A stretch of DNA of 64,000 nt from Octopus vulgaris (GCA_951406725.2 OX597823.1:76880001-76944000), one strand, 5' to 3'. Positions 40,812 to 53,445 are shown, numbered from the stretch's first letter. Made by a program: numbers and translations. The notes: generated by a model not told the origin, from the letters alone.

Positions 40812-41022
40812 AATAAAATATATGCATATATATAAACATATATGTACGTACCTACCTCTACATGTACATATACACGCATATATGTGTACAGGACACCAAA
40901 AAGACGTCGAACACATACAGAGACGAAAAACATAGACACAAACCAAGGAACAAGACAGGCAAAAAAAAGGAGATACAGGACAATAAGCACAACGAAAAAT
41001 CCCCTTCTTCAGTCGCTAAAGT
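40810..41022 (-). mobile_element. Second copy of element F (3' part)
   Basis: Homologous to 39215-39445; bounded by (TA)n. Confidence 0.7.
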
Positions 41023-41026
41023 TGTA

Positions 41027-41107
<81 letters not shown>

Positions 41108-41108
<1 letters not shown>

Positions 41109-41185
41109 GGGAGTGGGCATATGGTGTAATGGTTAAGAGCACGGGCTACTAACCCCAAGATTCCGAGTTAGATTCCAAGCAATGA

Positions 41186-41242
<57 letters not shown>

Positions 41243-41451
41243 CAACAACAACAACAACAATAATAACATCGAAAAATACCTTAGGAATGAGAACCCAGGT
41301 TAGAAATTTCCCCAAGACACCTGATGAAGGCTGGAGGGTAAATCAGCCGAAACGTTGTGTTAACATCAAATAAGATGAGGACAAATATCCATCAAATGTA
41401 AATAATGTAAATAATGTACATAATTCCTCATCTCTTAAATAAAGAACTGTA
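41108..41451 (+). mobile_element. Family D: tRNA-headed, hammerhead-bearing retroposon
   Basis: A box TGGTGTAATGG 41122-41132, anticodon-like GGG-CTACTAA-CCC, B box GAGTTAGATTCC 41165-41176, (AAT)n(AAC)n, hammerhead, and 3' end ...AGAACTGTA. Second copy at 61.5 kb. Confidence 0.85.
41316..41361 (+). ncRNA. Minimal type I hammerhead ribozyme (PLE-like)
   Basis: GACAC-CTGATGA-A-GGCTGG(AGGGTAAA)TCAGCC-GAAA-CGT-T-GTGTT. Stem I GACAC/GTGTT, 6-bp stem II, palindromic ACGT in place of stem III. Predicted cut after 41356. Confidence 0.75.
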
Positions 41452-41536
41452 ATGCCTGAGACTTTTAGCTATTCATGGGTCAAAGCTGATTAGTTTGTGC
41501 AAGAGACAAGTTCACTAAACCTTCAGTGATTGTCTA

Positions 41537-41759
41537 TTACTCTTACTCTTTTACTCTTTTCCTTGTTTCAGTTGTTTGACTGCGGCCATGCTGGGTCATC
41601 GTCTTTAGTCGAGCAAATCGACCCCAGGACTTATTCTTTGTAAGCTTAGTACTTATTCTATCGTCCTCTTTTGCGGAACCGCTAAGTTACGGGGACGTAA
41701 ACATACCACCATCGGTTTTCAAGCGATGTTGGGGGACAAACACAGACACACAAACATAT

Positions 41760-41790
<31 letters not shown>

Positions 41791-41956
41791 CATATATACG
41801 ACGGGCCTCTTTCAGTTTCCATCTACTAAATCCACTCACAAGGCTTTGGTCGGCCCGAGGCTATAGTAGAAGACAATTGCCCAAGGTGCCACGAAGTGGG
41901 AATGAACCGGGAACCGTGTGGTTGGTAAGCAAGCTACCTACCACACAGGCACTTCT
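41537..41956 (-). mobile_element. SINE family A
   Basis: Matches the other A copies. Confidence 0.92.
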
Positions 41957-42144
41957 GACAACAGAACAAGAAAAGCTGACCTCCATGGAGTTTGAAATCA
42001 GAATATTGTGAACCAACACAAATACTGCAAGGCATTTTGCCTATTAATTTAATAATTCTGACAGTCATTTCTAACATGGTCCTAGGTTATGAACGTGAAG
42101 TGTATAATAACCATTATTCAATAATATTCAAAAAGATAAAAGTC

Positions 42145-42371
42145 TTTCCCATGCCATAAGCTCATAAAGCCAGTTTCACAATGTCTGCCCAACCCTGGAT
42201 AGAACGCTAGTCCCTCACAGGATTTCTCACTTTTGCTATCTCAGTGAACGGGAGCAACATGTAATGAAGTGTTTTTGGTCAAGAATACAATGCATTTGTC
42301 TATCCAGAAGTCGAAATCACACCTTGCAGTCATGAGTGTAACACCCTAGCCACTAAGGCACGTGCTTCTAC
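42145..42371 (-). mobile_element. Old CORE-like SINE family E with tail type 3
   Basis: Minus strand GCCTTAGTGGCTAGGGTG...TTCTTGACCAAAAACAC...GTTGCTCCCGTTCACTGAG...CCTGTGAGGGACTAGCG...TTATGAGC. Confidence 0.65.
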
Positions 42372-42549
42372 AGTCAATAATCTTATCCCCAATAAATGAC
42401 TGGGATCTTGTTGTATAGAGGCAGGAAGAATAAAAGGTATTGTTGACCTTCGTAAGATATGAACATAGACTGTAAAAGCTGTAACAGAACACTACAAATC
42501 AGTTTGTCCTGTTTTAACAAATACTAATACTTCTACAGATAACGAGAAG

Positions 42550-42670
42550 GTGGTGGTGGTGGCGGTTGCAGTGGTGGTGGTGGCGGTGGTGGTGGGATGG
42601 AGCGGGGGTGGCATGATGTTGGTGACGACAACGTTGAGGATGATGATAATGGCGACAATCGCAACAATGG

Positions 42671-42723
<53 letters not shown>

Positions 42724-42822
42724 GTGATGGTGATGATGATGGTGATGATGATGATGGTGATGACGAGGTTGATGATTACAGCGACGACGATGGCGACAAT
42801 AACATTGCTGTTGTTGCTGTTT

Positions 42823-42854
<32 letters not shown>

Positions 42855-42952
42855 CTTGTTGTTGCTGTTGTTGTTGTTGCTGCTGGGGAGTGGGGAAATA
42901 AGGATGATGATAAAAACAACAATAATGGTGATGAGGATGATAATGATGATGA
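42550..42952. repeat. Mosaic trinucleotide microsatellite (GGT/GAT/GTT)
   Basis: Direct reading; it produces spurious polyH/polyQ/polyM ORFs. Confidence 0.9.
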
Positions 42953-43469
42953 CAAAAGAAGCAAAAACTGAGAGGAAGGGGAAGCAATCAAACCTTTTAC
43001 GCCAAAGAGAGATTATGATAATTTCTGAGATTTTACCATTAAATTATTTTACAATTGTTTATATTTAATTCATTATTTTATTTTGTGAATTAAAAAAACT
43101 TTTTAATCAGATTTTATTTTAAATATTTTTTTTAAAAATTTCTTTTTCAATTTTCTATTGTGAGATTGAGTTGATAATGAAGACGATTTTTTTTCGTCTT
43201 TTTCTATTAAAACCTTAAATTTTACAAACAGTGTGACATAACAGACTAGGATTAAATGTCCACTAGAAAACAAACCTGAAGAAATCTCATGAGGATACTG
43301 TAAAACAAATCCATTTTCTATTATCTTCTCAGAAAAATTTTTTTTTTATATTATCTAGATTTTCAATGAATTCTTTTAATCAAAGACGTCATGCGGGAAA
43401 TAACAATCGCAAGCAGTGGAGAAGAGAGTACAGACAAGAAAAAAAAAAGATGTATACAAATACAAATAC

Positions 43470-43615
<146 letters not shown>

Positions 43616-43934
43616 ATGCAAGACAGCAAAAAATAACTCGATAGATATCTTGGAGAAAAAAAACCCACCTAAAGTATATTCGTATATTTGATAAAATGAA
43701 CAGACAGATAAGTAGATGAGAAGACATGTAAGGAAGGAAAAGAAGCAGAGAAGTAAAATAAAATCCAAGTAAGTTCCTTATAAATCGATATCTTTTCAAA
43801 TCAAAGCTTTCTTTACCTTTTCCTTTTTAACTCAAATTGATATTTCAGCTACATAATATTGACACTTGTATATACAAATATCTCTTAATATATACATATA
43901 TATTTATATGTAGCTGTGTACGTGGTGTATTTAT

Positions 43935-44023
<89 letters not shown>

Positions 44024-44151
44024 TTATTTATTTATATATATTTATTTATTTATATATATATATATTCATATATTCATGCATTCATACATGAATAATTGTG
44101 TGTATGTGTATAAACATATATATATATAGATAGACAGATAAATAGATACAC

Positions 44152-44190
<39 letters not shown>

Positions 44191-44624
44191 CTGATAAAAT
44201 GATAGATTGATAGACAAATGGACAGAAGGAGTAATAAACAGGCAAAAAATAGATAGATGTATAGATAGATATGAACACACACATATGTATATATGTAAAT
44301 TATTATATTTAAAGAATATTTTCAATTGTATGAAAATATGTATTTCTAAATTTTTTCTTAAATCAACACATTTCTGGATAAGAATATAAATGATTCCATC
44401 AAACCGGAACGTATCTGGTGCTGATATTATCAAAATATAAAATCCTACAGAACAGAAAGGGATATAATTAGGTACAGTAAGATAAATTACTGTGAAACCC
44501 TTCTTTTTCTTCATACATGCATATTATATAACATGTATACCTTCATTCATACATGAAAGCTGCAACTTGATTTCAAGTATTGCCATTATTTTGTTGCTTC
44601 CTTGTTAGTGCTGGTTTTTAGCCC

Positions 44625-44924
44625 TTGTTGTTTGTTCCTTCTCGAGCCATGCCTGGCTCATAAGGGCCGGTTTCCTTGGCATATAGGTTCCTCACCTGGA
44701 TGGGACGCCGGTCCGTCGTAGGTGAGCTGCAAGATGCAGGAGGAAAGAGAGAGAGAAAGTTGTGGCGAAAGAGTCAGCAAAAGTTCACCATTACCATCTG
44801 CCGGAGCATTGTGGAGCTTAGGTGTTTTTGCTCATAAACACACACATCGCCCGGTCTGAGATTCGACCCCGCGATCCCTCGACCACGAGTCCGCTGCTCT
44901 AACTACTAGGCCATGTGCCTCCAC
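44625..44924 (-). mobile_element. SINE family B head with tail type 3
   Basis: B-like head, then CCTACGACGGACCGGCGTCCCATCCAGG...GGAAACCGGCCCTTATGAGCC. Possible TSD TTTTTAG(C/T)CCT. Confidence 0.85.
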
Positions 44925-45595
44925 AGCTTTTTAGTCCTGCACAGATGTGGTAATGATGGCCACCTCTTGTTGAAGGTGTTCAGAGTAATATCCACCCATG
45001 TTGATATATATGTCTTCATTCCGGCACAGAATTATTCATTGCGTGTTTTGCCTTTCTCAGTTACAGCTAGCCATAGTGAACATCATATAATTGAAACGTT
45101 GAAACTTAGGCAATGTCTGTGCTTGAAACTTTTTTAAGTGTTGAGAGCCTTGCACATGATAAATTCCATTAGCTAAGCAACGTATGCATTTGCTGAAGAG
45201 AACTGGTCAATAGGATTAGATGCAAACGAAGTCACAGGTGTAATACCAGAGATTTCCTTCTATTTCAAAGGATACGTAAACAAAGACTAGGGTTCTTCTC
45301 ACTACTAAATATTTGACAACCATTGACTGTACTGAGTTCATCCACTCTTTGGCAGGTTTTGTTTTTGTCTTGTAGGATTTCCAACGAAAACCACCTTCAT
45401 TTCGACAGGTTGAACTGTACTTTATGTTAACAGTAGGACTAAGAGATACCTACTTACATGTATACATGCAAGCTTAATAATTTAGACTTGCTCCGGACTG
45501 GTTGATACTAGAACTAGATACTTGAACTTGCTCCAGACTGGGTGGATACTAGAACTGGTAAATTTCTTACAAAACATTTTATGATATTTGATATA

Positions 45596-45988
45596 CTTTT
45601 TTTCTTGTTTCAGTCATTTGATTGCGGCCATGCTGGAGAATCGCCTGTAGTCGAGCAAATCAACCCCAGGACTTATTCTTTGTAAGCCTAGTACTTGTTC
45701 TATCGGTCTCTTTTGCCGAACCGCTAGGTTACGGAGACATAAACACACCAGCATCGGTTGTCAAGCGATGTTGGAGGGTGGGGTGACAAACACAGACACA
45801 CAAACACACACACGCATATATACATATATACGACGGGCTTCTTTCAGCCTACCAAATCCACCCACAAGGCTTTGGTCGACCCGAGGCTATTGTAGAAGAC
45901 ACTTGCCCAAGGTGCCATGCAGTGGGACTGAACCCGGAACCTTATGGCTGGTAAGCAAGCTACCTACCACACAGCCACTCCTGCGCCC
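45596..45988 (-). mobile_element. SINE family A
   Basis: Matches the other A copies. Confidence 0.92.
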
Positions 45989-46150
45989 AAAGCATCCTCT
46001 TTGTGTTTCGCCATATTGAGAGGAATGATATATGTGCAGCAATTGATATAATCAACTAAATCAAGGCGGTATGCTCCTGTATTGCCTCTCTCAGACATAT
46101 CATTGAGCGAGAGAAGATATTCCAACATTATCTTACTCAAATATATTATA

Positions 46151-46490
46151 CTAGCAGTATCGCCCGGCGTTGCTCGGGTTTGTAAGGGAAATAACTATAT
46201 AAGCATTTTTAGAGATGTAAAGTATAATAGCCATCTCAATATGCCTAACCACTAAGGGGGGGGGTGTTACAGTAGCTTTTTACGTTCTGAGATTTAATAA
46301 TAAATTTTTAGAGAGTTACTTCCCTTATATATGCCAAAAATGCATTAAAAATGGGAAAAATTGATGGTAATTTTTTTATTAATCGTAGACTCATCGTAGT
46401 CGCGCGCTAATACCCAGAAGGGCTTGATATGAATCACGACTATAAGATACCCGGTTTTAGTTAAACTGCACCGCAAAATGTGGGAGTAGT
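46151..46490 (-). mobile_element. Non-autonomous Helitron, 3' end
   Basis: Minus strand ends CCCGAGC-AAC-GCCGGG hairpin, then CGATACTG-CTAG|T: the canonical hairpin plus CTRR terminus. The 5' limit is uncertain. Confidence 0.75.
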
Positions 46491-46563
46491 GGTTGTGAAA
46501 TGATAATGGGGAACAAACATAGACACAAAGACACACGCACATAGATATGCACACATACATATA

Positions 46564-46884
46564 CATCACATCACATCACACATGATCACCGTGACCGACC
46601 AGGCTATCAGATGTTGCTACACATCGCTGGTCTCAATGCGCTTCGCATTGTTTTAGCCTTCAAATGACGCCACCTCGCTGGCTACGCGAGCAGGCCAACA
46701 GAAGAAATAGTGAAAGAAGGTTGCGGCGAAAGAGTACAGCAGGGATCGCCACCACCCCCTGCCAGAGCCTCGTGGAGCTTTATGTGTTTTCGCTCAAAAA
46801 ACACAACGCCCAGTCTGGAAAGCAAAACCGCAATCCTACGCCCATGAGTCCGCTGCTCTAACCACTGATCCATTGCTCCTCAAC
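46564..46884 (-). mobile_element. SINE family B head with tail type 4, ending (GTGAT)n
   Basis: B head/body, then TTGGCCTGCTCGCGTAGCCAGCG...GGTCACGGTGAT. Confidence 0.85.
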
Positions 46885-47642
46885 ATATTCATACACACAC
46901 ACACTAACACACATATATATATTTACACACGCACACACACACATACATATATTTATATATATACATATATCGGTTGAGTACTCACAAGGTTTCGGCTGGC
47001 CCGACACTACAGTAAAAGACACTTTCCCAGATTGCCACGCACCATGAGGTTGAGAAGCAAGCTTCAATGTTTGCGTGTGTGCGTGTGTGTGTGCGCGTGC
47101 GTGCATGTGTGTGTGTGTATGTTCAATGTGTTCATAGTAGAAACGTGATCACAATACATGTATAGATATTTGCTGTGGCAGTAAGATAGTCTGTATGTGT
47201 TCCTGTGTTTATAACCAAAATATAATATACCAATTATTCACAGTTGTGTAACTAGATATCCTTCCAATATGCCATTAATTCAAATCAGTGTCTCATCGTT
47301 TCCCGATGTGTGAATATTTTCAACATCTGGAGTTAATAGACCATGGTTAGTATTGGATATTATTTCATCATTAATCTGTTACTCTCATTGGTTTTTAGCC
47401 CCAAGACAGTTCAAGTGTAACAGACATATGGTCAGATTGGAAAATGTAAAGAGCATTCCATAGCATATCTAGACTAGACATTACCCAATGTGGTCTTCTG
47501 TGTTTTAAATGCGGTAGGGTGAATTTCAAGGAATATATAGCTGCTACTTGTGTAGAGTCTACTTGTCGTCGTTGTCGTCGTCATCATCGTCGTTGTCATC
47601 ATCACCACCAATATAACCTTTAATTATTTTTTCCATTATTAT

Positions 47643-47761
47643 TTGACTTTGCCTTTCATTTTTTGGGGTCGATAAATTAAGTATCGGTTGAGTACTGGGG
47701 TTGATGTTATCGACTTAATCCCTGCGCCAAAATTTCAGGCCATGTGCTTATAGTAGAAAAG

Positions 47762-47765
<4 letters not shown>
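47643..47765 (+). mobile_element. SINE family C 3' half, tail C2
   Basis: GACTTTGCCTTTCAT...AAAATTTCAGGCC...AGTAGAAAAGATTATT. Confidence 0.8.
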
Positions 47766-47829
<64 letters not shown>

Positions 47830-47855
47830 CATCGTCATTATTATTATTGTTATTA

Positions 47856-48320
47856 CTGAGTGAGAGAGCAGTACATCCCATCAAAGTGACACTGGGGTAA
47901 AATATACGAAGCCCAGTATACCCATCATGATTACCTATCTGATAAGGGTACACCAGGCACATGCATCACAACCATATGTGCACGATATAGTGATCTCATA
48001 TCAAGATAAACAGCACATGACCTTGCAGGTGGGGCCCAATTAGAATTTTCTTCTGGTCGAGTAACCCTGAATAAGGGCTGTTTAAGGGTGTTGAACAAAA
48101 TACCCATGTTTCCAAAGGTGAATTATCCAAACCTTTAAGAATTCCTTTCAACACACGGCTATGATGCTCCCCCACTACTTCTGCTCATGATCAGAGATGC
48201 ACATATCGTCAGCTACTAAGAGACATGCTCAACAGGTTAAGGTCAAACAAGTGAGAAGCAAATCTGTGGTATTGAGCAGAATATTTGCTGTCGACCCTCT
48301 TTTATACCAAGACAAACTGA
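47856..48320. mobile_element. Non-coding element embedded in (TTA)n/(TTG)n
   Basis: Bounded by triplet repeats. Its segment AAAGTGACACTGGGGTAAAATATA..AAGCCCAGTATACCC recurs at 48429-48469. Confidence 0.55.
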
Positions 48321-48789
48321 TTGGGAGTATTGTTGTTGTTGTTGTTGTTGTTGTTATTATTATTATTATTATCATTATTATTATTGTTGTTGTTGTTGTT
48401 GTTCAACCAATAAAATATCTTGCAATCGAAAGTGACACTGGGGTAAAATATATTAAGCCCAGTATACCCTCTTCGTCTCGACTGTTTACCTTTGTGAAGA
48501 GTTACGTCAATCCTTTTTAAAATATTATTATTATTATTATTATTGTTGTTGTTGTTGTTGTTGTTTTTGTTGTTTTGCTGTTGTTATTGTTGTCGTCAGA
48601 AACCTTCATCTTGAAGAAATCCCTCATCAACTTTTTCATGTTCCACTTGGGAAGGACGGAGAGGATGGAGAGGATAGCGGTTTCTTTCCCAACTAATTTG
48701 TCAAGAGGTGCATGATGATGGTAAAAACGGTTTTAGTGAATGAAACTACTCTTATCATGCACCTGTAGATTAGTGGACAATAATTCGTC

Positions 48790-48952
48790 AGTGGCTGTGT
48801 GGTAAGTAGCTTGCTTAGCAACCACATGGTTCTGGGTTCAGTACCACTGTGTAGCCCCTTGGGCAAGTGTCTTCTACTATAGCCTCGGGTCGACCAAAGA
48901 TTTGTGAGTGGATTTGGTAGACGGAAACTGAAAGAAATCCATCGCATATATG

Positions 48953-48983
<31 letters not shown>

Positions 48984-49208
48984 GTGTGTTTGTGTTTGTG
49001 TGTCTGTGTTTGTTCCCCCAACATCGCTTGACAACCGATGCTGGTGTGTTTACGTACCCGTAACTTAGCGGTTCGGCAAAAGAGACCAATAGAATAAGTA
49101 CTAGGCTTGCAAAGGATAAGTCCTGGGGTCGATTTGCCAAACTAAAGGCGGTGCTCCAGCGTAGCCGCAGTCAAATAACTGAAACAAGTAAAAGAGAGTA
49201 AAAGAGAG
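48790..49208 (+). mobile_element. SINE family A
   Basis: Sense orientation GTGGCTGTGTGGTAAG...GAAACAAGTAAAAGAG. Confidence 0.92.
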
Positions 49209-49557
49209 CAACCTGTACTTTTGGTGGTGAGGGTGCCCCTAGGTGTGATTGGCCCTAGTTGGGTGCTCTCCTCTATCAGACAGATTGCATGTGTTCACGT
49301 ATTTTGTATACCCTGCATACGTTCTAGCTTATCATCCCCTCCTCTCTCGTCTTTTCCCCCTCATCTTTTTTTGCAGCCTTTTTATGCATCCTTCTACAAA
49401 TTATATGGAGTTCATGAAATGTCGCCACTTATCTGACGACTAAAATTATCACTTTCGTTACCTTCGCCATCATAATCATCGTCATCGTCGTTGTCGTTGT
49501 CATCATCATTATTATCATCACCACCGTCATTGCCATCTCCAACATCATCATCATGAT

Positions 49558-49628
<71 letters not shown>

Positions 49629-49640
49629 TATTATTATTAT

Positions 49641-50294
49641 TCAGTAGTTTTATTTTTATTTTTATAGCGTGCTTTCACTTCACTACCGAGCACAGCTCTG
49701 TGTGCCTTGGGTTTGTGCTGTGATTTGTTGTGATGCTCTGATGGTTATTGTATGGAAAGTGTTCTGCGTAGGATGTGTGCAGTGCCCAGTAGTGCAATTT
49801 TCTGTATGTTATATGTGTTTGTAAGTCCTGGTGTTTTTGTTATGTATTTGTCTGAATATTTTTTTATCATGCCTAATGCACCTACTATGATAGGAATTGT
49901 TTCTGTTTTCAGATTCCACATTCTAGTTACCTCTATTTCCAGGTCTTTGTATTTTGAGAGTTTCTCCATTTCTTTTAGAGACACGTTGTCATCTGCCGGT
50001 ACTGATACATCAATTAGAAAGCATTTTTTTCTTCATGGTCTCTGACAACTATATCTGGTCTGTTGGCCTTAATTTCTCTATCTGTGTGTATCGGCATATC
50101 CCAGAGTATGGTTGCTTTCTCGTTTTCTGTGACCTTTTCTGGTGTGTGCCTATACCATCTTTTTTCTGTTGTTATTCCATAATGTTGGCATAGCTTCCAA
50201 TGTATGTAAGTTCCAACTCTGTCATGTCTGTGAATATATTCCTTCTTAGCCAGGACTGGGCAGCTAGAGATAATATGATTTATTGTTTCTTGTC

Positions 50295-50297
<3 letters not shown>
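49641..50297 (-). mobile_element. 5'-truncated R4/Dong-clade non-LTR retrotransposon (zinc knuckle and restriction-like endonuclease) in (TAA)n
   Basis: ETINHIISSC..RHD..ILWD..RPDIV..IDVSVP..EKLSKYKDL..PIIVGALG..QKIALLGTAHILRR, stop at 49745. One frameshift in an A-run at about 50024-50030. (TAA)n on both sides. Confidence 0.92.
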
Positions 50298-50387
<90 letters not shown>

Positions 50388-50398
50388 CATTTTTATTA

Positions 50399-50432
<34 letters not shown>

Positions 50433-50448
50433 CATTATAATAATAATT

Positions 50449-50507
<59 letters not shown>

Positions 50508-50924
50508 TATTATTATCATTATTATCATTATTATTATTATTATTATTATTATCATTATTCCGAAGTTTTTACATGCTAATTTGATTAGAATGAATGTTTC
50601 CTTTAGGTTTGGTGACAACAAGTCTCCTCAGATGTTCAGAATGATTCTCAGGATTCTTTACGGAATACAGAATTGCACTTTTCTGTAAGTTGACAATGCA
50701 AGTCTTACTTTCCGTATCCTTCAACCTCTGAAGTGGCAGATTTGATGTTATGCTAAGTACAGAGAATTATTCTCTTTTTAGTCTTCCATAATCTCTTCAA
50801 CCTTCTGGCTAGGTCCTGATATTTCTCAATTTTTGTATTTTCCTTTGGTATCATATTATTGTATGAAATAGCAAAATCGGCGATCTTACACTGTGTGTTT
50901 ATTCTGTTTGCTATTGTCATATCT

Positions 50925-51290
50925 GTGGAGGCGCAATGGCCCAGTGGTTAGGGCAGCGGACTCACGGTCTTAGGATCGCAGTTTCGATACCCAGACCGAG
51001 CGTTGTGAGTGTTTATTGAGCGAAAGCACCTAAAACTCCACAAGGCTCAGGCGTGGGTTGGTGGTGAACCCTGCTGTACTCTTTCACCACAACTTTCTCT
51101 TACTCTTTCTTCCTGTTTCTGTTGTACCTGTATTTCAAAGGGCCAGCCTTGTCACACTCTGTGTCACGCTGAGTTTCCCCGAGAACTACGTTAAGGGTAC
51201 ACCTGTCTGTGAAATGCTCAGCCACTTGCATGTTAATTTCACGGATCAACTGGAACACTCGTCGTCATAACCGACGGAGTACCAGCACTT
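50925..51290 (+). mobile_element. SINE family B, tail 1, inserted in the R4/Dong remnant
   Basis: TSD TCATATCTG at 50917-50925 and 51292-51300. Confidence 0.92.
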
Positions 51291-51443
51291 ATCATATCTG
51301 ATCTTCATGCTTCAAGAATATGGTCAGTCCTTATGGGGGAGTCCCAGAAAATCTTGTACTTCTTATTCTGTATCAAAATTTTTGATTTGTGTTCCTACTA
51401 CTTCTCCGTTATTTCAAAGCCACACACACTCAGTTGACATACC

Positions 51444-51850
51444 TATTTACTACCCACAAGGACCTAAACACAGAGAGAGCAAAGAAGGACAGACAAACGG
51501 ATTAAGTCGATTACGTCGACTCCAGTGTGTAACTGGTACTTATTTAATCGTCCCCGAAAGGATGAAAGGCAAAGTGGACCTCGGCGGAATTTGAACTCAG
51601 AACGTAGCGGCAGGTGAAATACCTATTACTTTACTACCCACAAGGGGCTAAACACAGAGAGGACAAACAAGGACAGTCAAACGGATTAAGTCGATTACAT
51701 CGACCCCAGTGCGTAACTGGTACTTATTTAATCGAATCCGAAAGGATGAAAGGCAAAGTTGACCTCGGTGGAATTTGAACTCAGAACGTAATGGCAGACG
51801 AAATACACATTTCACCCGCCGTGCTAACGTTTCTGCCAGCTCGCCACCTT
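51444..51850 (-). mobile_element. SINE family C dimer (one head, two bodies)
   Basis: TSD CTCAGTTG(A/G)CATACC at 51429-51443 and 51851-51865. The internal junction reads TAATAGGTATTTC on the minus strand. Confidence 0.9.
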
Positions 51851-53129
51851 CTCAGTTGGCATACCAATGCACCCTTTTACCTACAAAGTCATGCATGCTT
51901 TTATACTCTGCTAATGCATTCACTCAAAAGATGGTTAATACTTTCGTTTCCTTTCCTGCAGATTCCACATTCGATTTCTGATTTAGTCAGTCATTGCTTT
52001 TAACAGATTCATCATAATGGCTTGTTTCTGAGTGGTTACAATTAGCACTTCAGTCTCTGGTTTCTAGCTCCCGTTGTCAGCTATAACCAGCATTTATTAC
52101 TTTCAACATCCTTGGTTTCGTGCACGAATTGATCATGTAATTCCATCTCTTTCCACCTACTTGTTCTACTGTCCTTCCTGTTTCAGTAATATTTTGGACA
52201 TATCTAACCACTGACATTATCAATATTTTCATTGAGTACAACATAATTTTTAAACCCCGGTATCACAGCACTAACGGTGTCTTCTATATTTTAGTAATCC
52301 CCAGCCTCCTTCTTTCCATGGTTGTTATAGTCTGTCGGTAATATTTAAGGGTGATGTGCATTGTCAGCAGCTTTTGAGTTCTGTCTATGTTCTGTAGCTC
52401 GATCTCTGTCCGTTCAGTAAGAAAGCATGGTAACTTAATACTGGCATAATCCATGTATTTATCGCATTATTGATGTTCAATCCATTTAACTTTGTTTCGA
52501 GCACTTTTCTGATTCTTCTATTGAACACTTGGGAGATTTTCTCTCTAATTTCTCTTTCTGTTATCCTTTCGTCTTGCCATATCTATAGGTATATATAGCC
52601 CAACATTATTCCTCAATGATTGTCGTCGTCACCGCCACCACCACCACCACTACCATCATCATCATCATCATCATCATTATCATCATCATTATCATAATCA
52701 TCATCATCATCATCATCATAATCATTATTGATTGCTGACATATTCGAGCATGTTTTCAGATTATTCTTCAAAGAAATGGATTTTGTCAGAGAATAAATTG
52801 TATAGAATAATTTTTTCTTTTTCAATTTATACTCAAACAGACAGTTTCAAAGGAATTTGACAATCTACTAATACAGGACCCAGACGAAAAATAGTGTGAT
52901 TGAAATATTTCCTTATTGTCTACAGATATGTACAAAATGGATAAAAGAAATAGCAGAAACACCGCTCTCAAAGAAAAGAGTAGGAAACGAAGACAACTAC
53001 ACATAACACGTATATTGTACAAGAAACATATTTTTCTGCAAAGTTTCATGACAATCATAATATATACCCAATCATAGTTTCAAGATAAATCTTGCAGACG
53101 TTCTGGGAATCATCGCCAGTAACATTTTG

Positions 53130-53442
53130 GGGATTTCAAGGTGTTTCGGGTCTATAAAATCTCATTTGCAGACTCATGAAAAACGAACCTCCACCAAATA
53201 ATCTGCCTGTATATCTGTGCACATCTTTCAATGTTGTGTATGCCATGAGGTCGGCAAATCTAACGGAGGCCTCAAAAGACATTTTAGGATCCTCAAAGAT
53301 AAGAACTTAACTGCAGCTCTTGGTGGCTCAAATCAGATATGCCATACATTGTCTGGTTTAAAAACTACATCAGAAGCCATGGTGGAACTAAGGTGTAAGT
53401 ACACGACGTAGTCAGACTCGGCATAAGGAGTATACAACCACC

Positions 53443-53445
<3 letters not shown>
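53130..53445 (+). mobile_element. Probable LINE 3' end with decayed C2H2-like finger
   Basis: FQCCVCHEVGKSNGGLKRHFR resembles the C-terminal finger of RTE-type LINEs; ends at (TA)n. Confidence 0.45.

Larger units (their letters stand above)
50560..52612 (-). mobile_element. Older R4/Dong-clade element, RT C-terminus to 3' UTR, interrupted by two SINEs
   Basis: RRIRKVLETKLNGLNINNAINTWIMPV, QKLLTMH, DMTIA..CKIADFAI and KIEKYQDLARRLKRLWK; many stops. Confidence 0.85.

Noticed and set aside
41114-41190. Functional tRNA genes at SINE heads (also 37590-37660, 61686-61760, 63552-63625)
   Set aside because: A and B boxes are present but there is no proper acceptor stem, and each continues into a repeat body.
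42514-42987. PolyQ/polyH ORF resembling a transcription-factor low-complexity region
   Set aside because: Pure triplet mosaic, open in several frames on both strands, with no adjoining domain.
45485-45557. Short tandem duplication ACTTGCTCC(G/A)GACTGG..GATACTAGAACT
   Set aside because: Ordinary two-copy local duplication.
53217-53411. Host C2H2 zinc-finger gene
   Set aside because: Single degenerate finger with no linker array; position fits a LINE C-terminus.
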